Source: a virus | Lineage: Duplodnaviria; Caudoviricetes | Length of the DNA: 44,517 nucleotides | Direction: 5' to 3' (one strand) | Virus record (IMG/VR): IMGVR_UViG_3300037991_007990 | Location: 1-44,517 of that record | Part shown: one piece after another, positions 35,818-42,412 of the stretch | How positions within the stretch are numbered: position 1 is the first letter of the stretch | How the letters are laid out: every line of letters starts with the position of its first letter | Notes under the pieces: generated by a model | The model's database searches: none | What the model was told of the DNA's origin: nothing | The model's input: only the letters and a program-made list of their open reading frames with translations | Position numbers and translations under genes: made by a program

Positions 35818-35843
35818 CGAGATTTACCCTTTGCGTGCAAGTG

Positions 35844-36347
35844 TTACGCGTTGGCTTGGTAAAGCGCGTATATGTGCGGGTACTTCTTAAGATTGCTATA
35901 ACCGATCTTGTCTTTTAAGTAATCGCCTAGCCCCATAGGGTTGTCCTCTACACCTAAAAAAGCCATTAAATCTCTTTTCATGAAAAGGTGGCCGGCCTTG
36001 TTAGTAATTACTCTGTCAGACTTATCGAAGAGCCCAGCAAGCTTGTCTTCCAATTCTTTAAATCTTTCTTCATCACTCAACATCTCTACTCGATCAGGGT
36101 CTGGAAGCTTAAAATTTGTCGACAAACCTTTTAAAATCTTAAAGATATCTGACACTGGGTCGGTTGACCGATCGGGGCTAAGATATCTTATCGTAATACC
36201 TAAAATCGCACCGGCAAGTTTGGTCACTTCTTCATCCTTTTCTTGCTTGGCATCTTCCATTTCACCGGTACTCATTCCTTTGGTAACTTCTTGCTCGTAT
36301 ATCGCTGACTCGATAAGTCTTCTTAGTTGTCTTCTGCTTAAACGCAT
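35844..36347 (-). CDS. Leader-family hypothetical protein (167 aa)
   Basis: True start MRLSRRQLRRLIESAIYE at 36347 with GGAG RBS; the 403-aa ORF-track extension is rejected. Confidence 0.75.
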   Translation of the reverse strand: MRLSRRQLRRLIESAIYEQEVTKGMSTGEMEDAKQEKDEEVTKLAGAILGITIRYLSPDRSTDPVSDIFKILKGLSTNFKLPDPDRVEMLSDEERFKELEDKLAGLFDKSDRVITNKAGHLFMKRDLMAFLGVEDNPMGLGDYLKDKIGYSNLKKYPHIYALYQANA

Positions 36348-36369
36348 ATCATTTCTCCATAATGTTGTA

Positions 36370-36415
36370 TATAAGTAGGTAAAGACTGCCAAAAGTTCTC
36401 CGGAAATTTTTGTGA
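36370..36415 (-). repeat. Diverged intergenic element copy 3
   Basis: TATAAGTA...AAAAGTTCTCCGGAAATTTTTGTGA. Confidence 0.7.
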
Positions 36416-36537
36416 GAAAAACTCGTATGTCCACTGCGTGGCGTGCAGAAAACAGGGTTAGGAATCGTAATACTGCTGGGTGATCGTATGTTCCGGTAAG
36501 TTGATCAAAAAGTGGTCGTGTAGAAAATTTTGACTTA

Positions 36538-36650
36538 GGCCCACCCCCGGGCCCTAGATGGGCCGGTGGGCATGGGGCCTCGGGCGCCAGGGGGGCGCGC
36601 TCCGGGCGCTCTAGAAGGGGCTCTAGATAGGGCTCAAAAGAGGCCTCTGC
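36538..36650. other. GC-rich non-coding island with five G-tracts at the compositional and transcriptional boundary
   Basis: GGG-CCGGT-GGG-CAT-GGGG-CCTC-GGG-CGCCA-GGGGGG at 36560-36595; tandem GCTCTAGA units follow. Confidence 0.6.
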
Positions 36651-36719
36651 AGACTGGAGAATGACGCGCAAGACACAGACACTCGAGCACAAGATAGATA
36701 CAAAAGATCTGGAGCAAAA

Positions 36720-36747
36720 TGTAACGGAGGCTGCCGCATGGTATAAT
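36720..36747 (+). promoter_or_regulatory. TGTAAC-N16-TATAAT promoter
   Basis: Exact match, followed by a C/A-rich leader and AGGAG before ATG 36841. Confidence 0.75.
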
Positions 36748-36840
36748 ATATATGTCCACCCCACTATGGGGAACCGGCCTGGGAACCGGTGGATGGACAC
36801 GGACCCACCAACCAACACAACCACAAGACAGGAGCCCATT

Positions 36841-37290
36841 ATGGCTACAACCAAGACCCTCATCTCTAACATCCGCTCACTCGTGTGCAACGGTATCATC
36901 TCCTCCTCCGAGGCTAGCAAACTCATCCGCAAGGTGAAGAAGCAAGAAGCAGCTGCAGTCGAAGAAGCCGTCGTGGCCGAGGTAGCAACAGCTCTCACAG
37001 CTTTCGTCCAGCCAGGTATCGAGTACAAGATCTCCGACCTCGTCAAAGAAGTCATGGGTATCTCAGCACCTTGTCACGGCTACAAGGAGACCAAGGACGA
37101 GCAAAAGTACCGCGACGGTGTGGCTAAGCCTCGTATGAAGGCAGCTATCGAGTCACTTGGTGACATGGTGTCTATCACTGGATCAGGTGCACAAACCCGC
37201 TATCTCTTCAATGGTGAGACACCAGAAGTTGTAGATGCTATGTTCGAACTCAACGGTGAGGAAGGTGAGGAAGACTCTCAGGAGTCATAA
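36841..37290 (+). CDS. Hypothetical protein (149 aa), possibly winged-helix DNA-binding with acidic tail
   Basis: AGGAG RBS, own promoter and terminator; start moved from 36661. Confidence 0.72.
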   Translation: MATTKTLISNIRSLVCNGIISSSEASKLIRKVKKQEAAAVEEAVVAEVATALTAFVQPGIEYKISDLVKEVMGISAPCHGYKETKDEQKYRDGVAKPRMKAAIESLGDMVSITGSGAQTRYLFNGETPEVVDAMFELNGEEGEEDSQES

Positions 37291-37310
37291 GCCTTCCCCG
37301 CTCTGGATAC

Positions 37311-37347
37311 AAAGACCCCAAGTCCCTTGTGGATGCGGGGTCTTTTT
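37311..37347 (+). terminator. Rho-independent terminator
   Basis: AAAGACCCC...GGGGTCTTT stem with T-run, 20 nt after the stop codon. Confidence 0.75.
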
Positions 37348-37373
37348 GTGTGTGTGAGATGTGTAGATCTCCC

Positions 37374-37702
37374 GTGCTTGAGATACTTAGTGCTATATGG
37401 CACTGACACATGCACAACTCTTTGATGGTCTCACCTCCATGCGGGGATACACTCCCGCTGAGGATGCTCTGCTCGCCGCATTGCAGCCGGGATTCCTTAT
37501 TGAGTGGGAGCTAGACGCAGCTACGAGCACGAGATACTTTGCCATCATCTCCTCTGTGCACCTGTCTCCGCTCCAAGATAGTGACGGGCGCATTGTACAG
37601 ATAGTGTGCTCGTGCAAGAGATACATTCTGCCCGGACAAATTGTGGCTATCCATGCTGCACTACCTGGCACACTAGACAAGTACCGAGCACGAGATACTT
37701 AG
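37374..37702 (+). repeat. Cluster of GCnnGAGATAC(T/A)T direct repeats
   Basis: CGAGCACGAGATACTT is identical at 37524-37539 and 37685-37700; variants at 37374-37390 and 37611-37627. Confidence 0.65.
37397..37702 (+). CDS. Hypothetical protein (uncertain)
   Basis: Fills the gap and converges with 37699; no clear RBS; overlaps the repeat cluster. Confidence 0.4.
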   Translation: MALTHAQLFDGLTSMRGYTPAEDALLAALQPGFLIEWELDAATSTRYFAIISSVHLSPLQDSDGRIVQIVCSCKRYILPGQIVAIHAALPGTLDKYRARDT

Positions 37703-38067
37703 CGGCCACTTAGCAACTTCTTCTGATCTGCATGCCAAAGTCTGCTAAGTGCGCGTCTGAGATCCTCTGTGCGCGAGACATCTTCTTCCGGGAAAGTGGT
37801 CCCGTCCGCGAGCTGCATTACACGGAAGTGGGGATCATCATGGTGCACTCTCTCTATTCCCGGTCCTGAGGTTACATAGAAGATCGCGTAGATTATCTTT
37901 CCACTGCCAAGTGCCTTGTACTTCACATCAGTCACTATCCCTGTGACTGTCCTCTTCTCAGAGAAGGCTCCTCTGGCAGTTGCATGTTGCCACATGCTGT
38001 AGTTAACTAATGCACCTTTGAGATATGGGAATAACTTGGCTTCCTTGAGATGCAGTGTCCTCACCAC
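37699..38067 (-). CDS. Hypothetical protein
   Basis: GTG start coupled to the upstream stop; GGGAG RBS. Confidence 0.6.
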   Translation of the reverse strand: MVRTLHLKEAKLFPYLKGALVNYSMWQHATARGAFSEKRTVTGIVTDVKYKALGSGKIIYAIFYVTSGPGIERVHHDDPHFRVMQLADGTTFPEEDVSRTEDLRRALSRLWHADQKKLLSGR

Positions 38068-38405
38068 TAAAGCTCTCCCTTCCTCCGTAGCACCTCATCC
38101 TCCATCTCTGCTAGGATCTCCACTAAGTCCTGAGCATAGGATGTGGTGCTCAGTAGTTCCTGTCTGATACTCTCTATCCTCCGGCGGAGTGTGTTGTCTC
38201 CCATCGCGTGGAAGCTCACCATCAGACCTTCTTCATACTTCTCCTCTGCTTCCACCGCTTCTGCTATCTCTCGTGAGATGCTCTCCATCTGCAGCTTTGC
38301 TCTCCGTAGTGCCGCACCGCGTGTCTGCTCTCTGTACTTCTTCTCCAACTGCTCTGCTTCTCGATCCCGCCGTTGGTCCACATTAGCTCTTACTGTCTTC
38401 CCCAT
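38067..38405 (-). CDS. Hypothetical coiled-coil protein
   Basis: AGGAGG RBS; charged helical sequence. Confidence 0.7.
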   Translation of the reverse strand: MGKTVRANVDQRRDREAEQLEKKYREQTRGAALRRAKLQMESISREIAEAVEAEEKYEEGLMVSFHAMGDNTLRRRIESIRQELLSTTSYAQDLVEILAEMEDEVLRRKGEL

Positions 38406-38413
38406 GTTTCCTC

Positions 38414-38569
38414 CTAACAGTTATTCTGCAACCATTTGGTGATCACGCCTGTAGCTCTGGTGTAGGTTCTACAGCTGCCGTCTTTGTAGTAGACAATGTA
38501 GAATGTATCTGCACCTGCTGCGCACTCTGTGATGCTCTTGATGTATTTCCCGTTGCTGTCCTGTGTCAT
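38414..38569 (-). CDS. Small hypothetical protein (51 aa)
   Basis: Below ORF-track cutoff; MTQDSNGKYIKSITEC...YIVYYKDGSCRTY; ATGA-coupled to the upstream gene. Confidence 0.6.
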   Translation of the reverse strand: MTQDSNGKYIKSITECAAGADTFYIVYYKDGSCRTYTRATGVITKWLQNNC

Positions 38570-38757
38570 TGCTCTGCTCCGATGTTGATGTTTGCTAACT
38601 CTTCTAGTACTGTTTCCAATGCCTTCTCGTGCTTCCCTGCTTCCTCGAGATCTCCGCGGCGTGTAGCTTCAAACACCTTCTGCTCTAGATCTCTTAGCCG
38701 TTGTTGCAGCTTCTCTTCTCTGCTCTTGATACCGAACAAGTTCTTTAGCCATTTCAT
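38566..38757 (-). CDS. Small helical protein, DUF6435-like
   Basis: MKWLKNLFG...EKL...ATRRGDLE; GGAGG RBS at the 38757 start. Confidence 0.55.
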   Translation of the reverse strand: MKWLKNLFGIKSREEKLQQRLRDLEQKVFEATRRGDLEEAGKHEKALETVLEELANINIGAEQ

Positions 38758-38894
38758 TGTTGTTCCTCCGTGCATTCACATGTTTTAGTTGAGGGTGTGG
38801 GTGTAGCATTAGCAATTGCAATAACTGCCAATACAATCATCATGATGATGTACCATCCCATAATCTGATCTTCTGTCTCTCTTGTCATGCTCAT
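38754..38894 (-). CDS. Small single-TM protein (46 aa)
   Basis: GGAGG RBS; hydrophobic WYIIMMIVLAVIAIA; stop overlaps the next ATG. Confidence 0.55.
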   Translation of the reverse strand: MSMTRETEDQIMGWYIIMMIVLAVIAIANATPTPSTKTCECTEEQQ

Positions 38895-38909
38895 CTCTTG
38901 TATCCTCCG

Positions 38910-39068
38910 TTAGTTAAAGAATCCGCCCCAGTATAGCAATACTCCGTAAGTGAGTGTGCTGATCAATGTGAGTACTGGGTTGAGGATCAAGACTTCATTG
39001 CGGAGTCTGTATGCTGCGGCCAAGTTTGCTGCTGCTAAAGTGATGATGATGATTGCTGGTAGTGACAT
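38910..39068 (-). CDS. Small two-TM protein (52 aa)
   Basis: AAGGA RBS after a promoter; MSLPAIIIITLAAANLAAAY...YGVLLYWGGFFN. Confidence 0.6.
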   Translation of the reverse strand: MSLPAIIIITLAAANLAAAYRLRNEVLILNPVLTLISTLTYGVLLYWGGFFN

Positions 39069-39100
39069 AGTTTGTCCTTTGGTTGGTTGGTTGTGTTTAT

Positions 39101-39129
39101 ATTATATCATGTTGCGGGGTTGTTTTACA
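39101..39129 (-). promoter_or_regulatory. TGTAAA-N17-TATAAT promoter variant
   Basis: Followed by an ACAACCAACCAACC leader and RBS. Confidence 0.65.
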
Positions 39130-39183
39130 TTTTGCGGTAAGAGGAGGAGCAGTGTCTCTTGTCCGCTCCTCCAAACCACCAAC

Positions 39184-39780
39184 CTACAACAATCCTTTAT
39201 TCCGTGCCAACCAGCGAGGCATGCTTACCTCACCGCTCGCATCATCAATGTCAATTTGTGAGACAGGAAGCCAGATCCGTTTGCTGTCATGCAAGAAGCG
39301 GATGGCTTTGCCTTTGTGTACCTGGAACTCCAACCCTCTCACGATCACCTTGTCTAATGTGCCGTCTTCCTTGCGCTTGGTCTGCACCGGTGCTGAGGGT
39401 AGAGCTGTTGGCTGATAGGTGAATAGTGCACCTAACTGCTTCCAGTGGATGAGAGCAATCTTGTGGCCGAGTGCCAATGCATTCTCTAAGCCGTGATTGC
39501 GGATATAGCGACCAAAGACACGGTTTGCGGTGGGATGGGCCAATGACTTAGGCTGCCACTTCTTCTCTCCGGTCTTGGTGTTGATGCCAGTGACAAACTC
39601 GAAGAGGCGTGTACCGGTTGTACCATATGCCGCTGAGAAGCCAATGTCATTGTTGAAGTGAGTAGACTTAGACCGTAACTCGCTAGGAGTCTGATTATCA
39701 CCTAGGATGCGGATTGCCTCGTCTACGAATGCTGGGTTACTGAGTAATGTTTGGATTTGACTTTTAGTATGACTAGTCAT
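39184..39780 (-). CDS. Hypothetical protein
   Basis: GGAG RBS and own promoter; QTPSE...HFNNDIGFS N-domain; IWLPVSQI...MPRWLA C-domain. Confidence 0.78.
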   Translation of the reverse strand: MTSHTKSQIQTLLSNPAFVDEAIRILGDNQTPSELRSKSTHFNNDIGFSAAYGTTGTRLFEFVTGINTKTGEKKWQPKSLAHPTANRVFGRYIRNHGLENALALGHKIALIHWKQLGALFTYQPTALPSAPVQTKRKEDGTLDKVIVRGLEFQVHKGKAIRFLHDSKRIWLPVSQIDIDDASGEVSMPRWLARNKGLL

Positions 39781-39815
39781 TGTATCTCCGTGTTGTGTTG
39801 TTGTTGTGTGTTTAT

Positions 39816-39843
39816 ATTATACCAAAGTTTTGTTGCTGTTACA
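39816..39843 (-). promoter_or_regulatory. TGTAAC-N16-TATAAT promoter
   Basis: Exact match. Confidence 0.78.
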
Positions 39844-39844
39844 T

Positions 39845-40018
39845 TTAGTCTATGAATAAGCAGTGTGCTGCCGCCGGTAGAGCCATGATCGGTGAGAAGA
39901 TGATCGCGCTGGCAAACCAGAAGAATGACCATAGGATCTCACCTCGGAAGAGTTGTCCCAGGCCGGGGATGAGAAGAGATGCTAATGCTGTAAAGCAAGT
40001 TTTGATTGAGATGATCAT
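39845..40018 (-). CDS. Small membrane protein (57 aa) with IPGLGQL motif (TM2-like)
   Basis: ALASLLIPGLGQLFRGEILWSFFWFASAIIF. Confidence 0.6.
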   Translation of the reverse strand: MIISIKTCFTALASLLIPGLGQLFRGEILWSFFWFASAIIFSPIMALPAAAHCLFID

Positions 40019-40020
40019 AG

Positions 40021-40119
40021 TTATTTCCCCGTTGGTTGTGTTGGTTCTGCCTTGAGAAGTCTAGGAATGTAGATGCCCATGGCTAAAAGGTTGATGATGA
40101 CTAAAGCTAATGCTTCCAT
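40021..40119 (-). CDS. Small single-TM peptide (32 aa)
   Basis: GGAGG RBS after a promoter; MEALALVIINLLAMGIYIPRLLK. Confidence 0.55.
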   Translation of the reverse strand: MEALALVIINLLAMGIYIPRLLKAEPTQPTGK

Positions 40120-40144
40120 GTTACCTCCCCTGTTGGTTGTTTAT

Positions 40145-40172
40145 ATTATACCACATGGGAACAGGGGTTACA
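40145..40172 (-). promoter_or_regulatory. TGTAAC-N16-TATAAT promoter
   Basis: Exact match. Confidence 0.78.
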
Positions 40173-40273
40173 CTTTTAGTAGGGAGATACTTCCGGTGGT
40201 GGTCTGATCTCATGTTCCTCTCTCGGTGGAGGATCCTCGGTAAGATAGAGGAATAGTGCTATCAGTACCATAT

Positions 40274-40549
40274 CTATGCCTTGATGGGAAGACCCAGCTG
40301 TCGGCTGAGCTCTTGAGTGGAGGAGTAGGAAGGAACACGGATCAGGATCAGATTAGACTCTGTCTCATGAAGGGACTCACCTATCTGCATTTTATTGATG
40401 TAGTACATGATCTCTCCACTCGATCCAAAGTCTCGCTCTATATCTGATAGGGTCCAGATCTCTGGGATGTGCCTTTCACCTGGCCATACTGCAAGGAAGA
40501 GAAGCTTTTGTGGTAGATCGTCGATGTGGTTATTGAATTGCTGTGGCAT
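40274..40549 (-). CDS. Hypothetical protein (91 aa)
   Basis: True start MPQQFNN with TAAGGAG RBS. Confidence 0.65.
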   Translation of the reverse strand: MPQQFNNHIDDLPQKLLFLAVWPGERHIPEIWTLSDIERDFGSSGEIMYYINKMQIGESLHETESNLILIRVPSYSSTQELSRQLGLPIKA

Positions 40550-40559
40550 GTAGTTCTCC

Positions 40560-40715
40560 TTATTTCCAGGCCAAGAATGCTGTGCGAACTTCTGGGTGTG
40601 TTGCCCAATAATCAAGATTAACTTGTCTCTGTTCTGCTGTTTGCGTGATAAGATTAAGCCTTCCCTTGCTGCCGTCTTTATAGATGATGTGCAAGATGTG
40701 TGGTAGGTTTCGCAT
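40560..40715 (-). CDS. Small hypothetical protein (51 aa)
   Basis: True start MRNLPHILHIIYKDGS with AGGAGG RBS, just after a promoter. Confidence 0.65.
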   Translation of the reverse strand: MRNLPHILHIIYKDGSKGRLNLITQTAEQRQVNLDYWATHPEVRTAFLAWK

Positions 40716-40738
40716 GGTGCCTCCTGTGGTAGGTATAT

Positions 40739-40766
40739 AGTATACCTTGCGGTGCGCGATGTTACA
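40739..40766 (-). promoter_or_regulatory. TGTAAC-N16-TATACT promoter
   Basis: One mismatch in the -10 box. Confidence 0.7.
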
Positions 40767-40909
40767 CAAACATTGTTGTGCGCGAGATGGGTGTAGCGCG
40801 AGACACATTGCTCTCCGCGCGCCGCGTACGCGTAGCGCAAGATACTTATTGCTCGGGCGGGAAAAGGGAGGACCAGACAACCACATCCGATCCTCCACCA
40901 ACCCATGGA

Positions 40910-41656
40910 CTATCCTTCGATAGTACCAACCTCACTAAAGCCTGTTTTGTGTAGAGAGAGAATAGCGATATGACCTGCACCACCAAAGCGGTTCTTGCGG
41001 GTGTGCAAGAGGCGACAACCTTTAAGGTCCTCATCCTTCTCCTCAATGGAGAGGTGGATATGACTGTCAACCATGTGCTTGAGCTTTTGTGAGCCGGCCA
41101 TCTTGCCTGACTTATTCACCTGCCCGATGACAATCACATTGCATGCATTCTCTTTAGCATATGATGTAAGCAGTTGGAGTGATCTCTCTGCCGTTGCCGT
41201 TGTAATGCGACCGGTATTGAAGTGGCCGTCTTCCATGCATTGGAGCGAGTCAACAATGAGGAAGAATGGTCGATCACTGTGCTTCTTGCGGACCTTGTCA
41301 CATCCTTTGAGTAGTGCCGGGATGTTGGTCTCACCACCAACTGCAAATGGGTGGCGAAGCTTGAGTCGGTTTGCGGTCATCTTGATTTGATAGAGTGATT
41401 CCTCTGCCGTATTGAATACCACCTGAGCACCGTTGCCTTGTAAGCTGTTAGCGAGTGAGAGCATCATGGTAGTTTTACCAGCACCTGGTGAACCAGTGAA
41501 GAAGGTGCACATAGAAGGAGTAAAGCCTTCACCACCAATAACGGTATCGAAGTAGTTGAGTCCTGTCTTGATGCGCTTCTTGAGAATTGCTGGAACTGTG
41601 ATATCTTGGATTGAAGTACCAAACTTGATATCTTTGATTTGAACGTTGAGTTTCAT
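40910..41656 (-). CDS. radA: RadA/Sms-like RecA-fold ATPase, core domain only
   Basis: GSPGAGKTT, AEES, IVDSLQ, IGQVNKSGKMAGSQKLKHMVD, KNRFG; no zinc finger and no Lon-like C-domain. Confidence 0.82.
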   Translation of the reverse strand: MKLNVQIKDIKFGTSIQDITVPAILKKRIKTGLNYFDTVIGGEGFTPSMCTFFTGSPGAGKTTMMLSLANSLQGNGAQVVFNTAEESLYQIKMTANRLKLRHPFAVGGETNIPALLKGCDKVRKKHSDRPFFLIVDSLQCMEDGHFNTGRITTATAERSLQLLTSYAKENACNVIVIGQVNKSGKMAGSQKLKHMVDSHIHLSIEEKDEDLKGCRLLHTRKNRFGGAGHIAILSLHKTGFSEVGTIEG

Positions 41657-41703
41657 GGTTATTTTACCTGAGTTGTGGGTTGTTGTGTGAATGGGTTGTT
41701 CAT

Positions 41704-41731
41704 ATTATACCGAGCGGGAGGTGCCGTTACA
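41704..41731 (-). promoter_or_regulatory. TGTAAC-N16-TATAAT promoter
   Basis: Exact match upstream of the radA-like gene. Confidence 0.78.
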
Positions 41732-41978
41732 CTTTGCATGCGATACATTGGCACTTGGTGTAGCGGTCGATCTTGCCTTGTAGCAATCGCTGCCGTGTGA
41801 AGTTCGCTGTCATTTGCTCAATGATCTCTTGAGCTCGATCACCCTTGCCGGCGTTGATTGCATTGTGTCGCTGCGTGTTCAGCTGGTTCCAGCGAGCTTT
41901 GAGATGTCTGATCTCTTCCGTGTGCTGCTTGACTAACTCGATATAGTAAGTCGGCATACCTTCATATAGATTTTCCAT
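41727..41978 (-). CDS. Hypothetical coiled-coil protein with C-terminal CxCxxC
   Basis: AAGGAGG RBS and own promoter. Confidence 0.7.
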   Translation of the reverse strand: MENLYEGMPTYYIELVKQHTEEIRHLKARWNQLNTQRHNAINAGKGDRAQEIIEQMTANFTRQRLLQGKIDRYTKCQCIACKV

Positions 41979-42004
41979 TGGTTCCTCCTTGGTTGGTTGC
42001 TTAT

Positions 42005-42032
42005 ATTATACCACATGTGAGACCCTGTTACA
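42005..42032 (-). promoter_or_regulatory. TGTAAC-N16-TATAAT promoter
   Basis: Exact match. Confidence 0.78.
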
Positions 42033-42110
42033 CTTTTGTGAGGATTTGCGGCAACCCGCCCCGGGGAGAGTGTATAAAAGTGCTGTCGGTCGTTCATATG
42101 TTCAGGTCAT

Positions 42111-42129
42111 ATTGATAATGATTATCAAT
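42111..42129. promoter_or_regulatory. Fur-box-like perfect palindrome
   Basis: ATTGATAAT-G-ATTATCAAT contains the 7-1-7 Fur consensus TGATAATnATTATCA; intergenic. Confidence 0.65.
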
Positions 42130-42196
42130 TTCATCTTGCGCACTTAGTCCGAACCCATGACCGATAGAGTACAACTGTTACCCAGTGGGAGAGGAG

Positions 42197-42412
42197 TTAA
42201 AAGAAGATACCCTTATTCCTTACATGACAACTCTCTAAACTCCGTCTCATTACCGCCCTGACTGTGGCCATATGACCACTGCTGCGCAGTCTCTGCCTAC
42301 ACATTTCCCTGGCATACCTGTACTCTTGCCGCAGGGATACTCTGAAGAGGATGAAGGGATCCTCCGCGATCACTCTGCCGAACCGATATGCCTGTCTACA
42401 TGAGCACCCCAT
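42197..42412 (-). CDS. Hypothetical basic protein (uncertain)
   Basis: TGATG coupling to the upstream gene, GGAG upstream. Confidence 0.4.
   Translation of the reverse strand: MGCSCRQAYRFGRVIAEDPFILFRVSLRQEYRYAREMCRQRLRSSGHMATVRAVMRRSLESCHVRNKGIFF

Noticed and set aside
36661-36840. Upstream extension of the 209-aa plus-strand ORF
   Set aside because: It runs through the promoter and C/A-rich leader; the RBS supports ATG 36841.
36348-37055. N-terminal extension making the 403-aa ORF 35844-37055
   Set aside because: It is the antisense shadow of the 36841 gene plus the GC island. The leader, RBS and promoter motif place the start at 36347.
39143-39172. GGAGGAGC/GCTCCTCC hairpin as an intrinsic terminator
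   Set aside because: The stem is real but there is no convincing U-tract on the coding strand, so it was left uncalled.
40550-40906. Long versions of ORFs 40274-40906 and 40560-40901
   Set aside because: They overlap each other and span a promoter and repeat cluster. Starts at 40549 and 40715 have strong RBSs.
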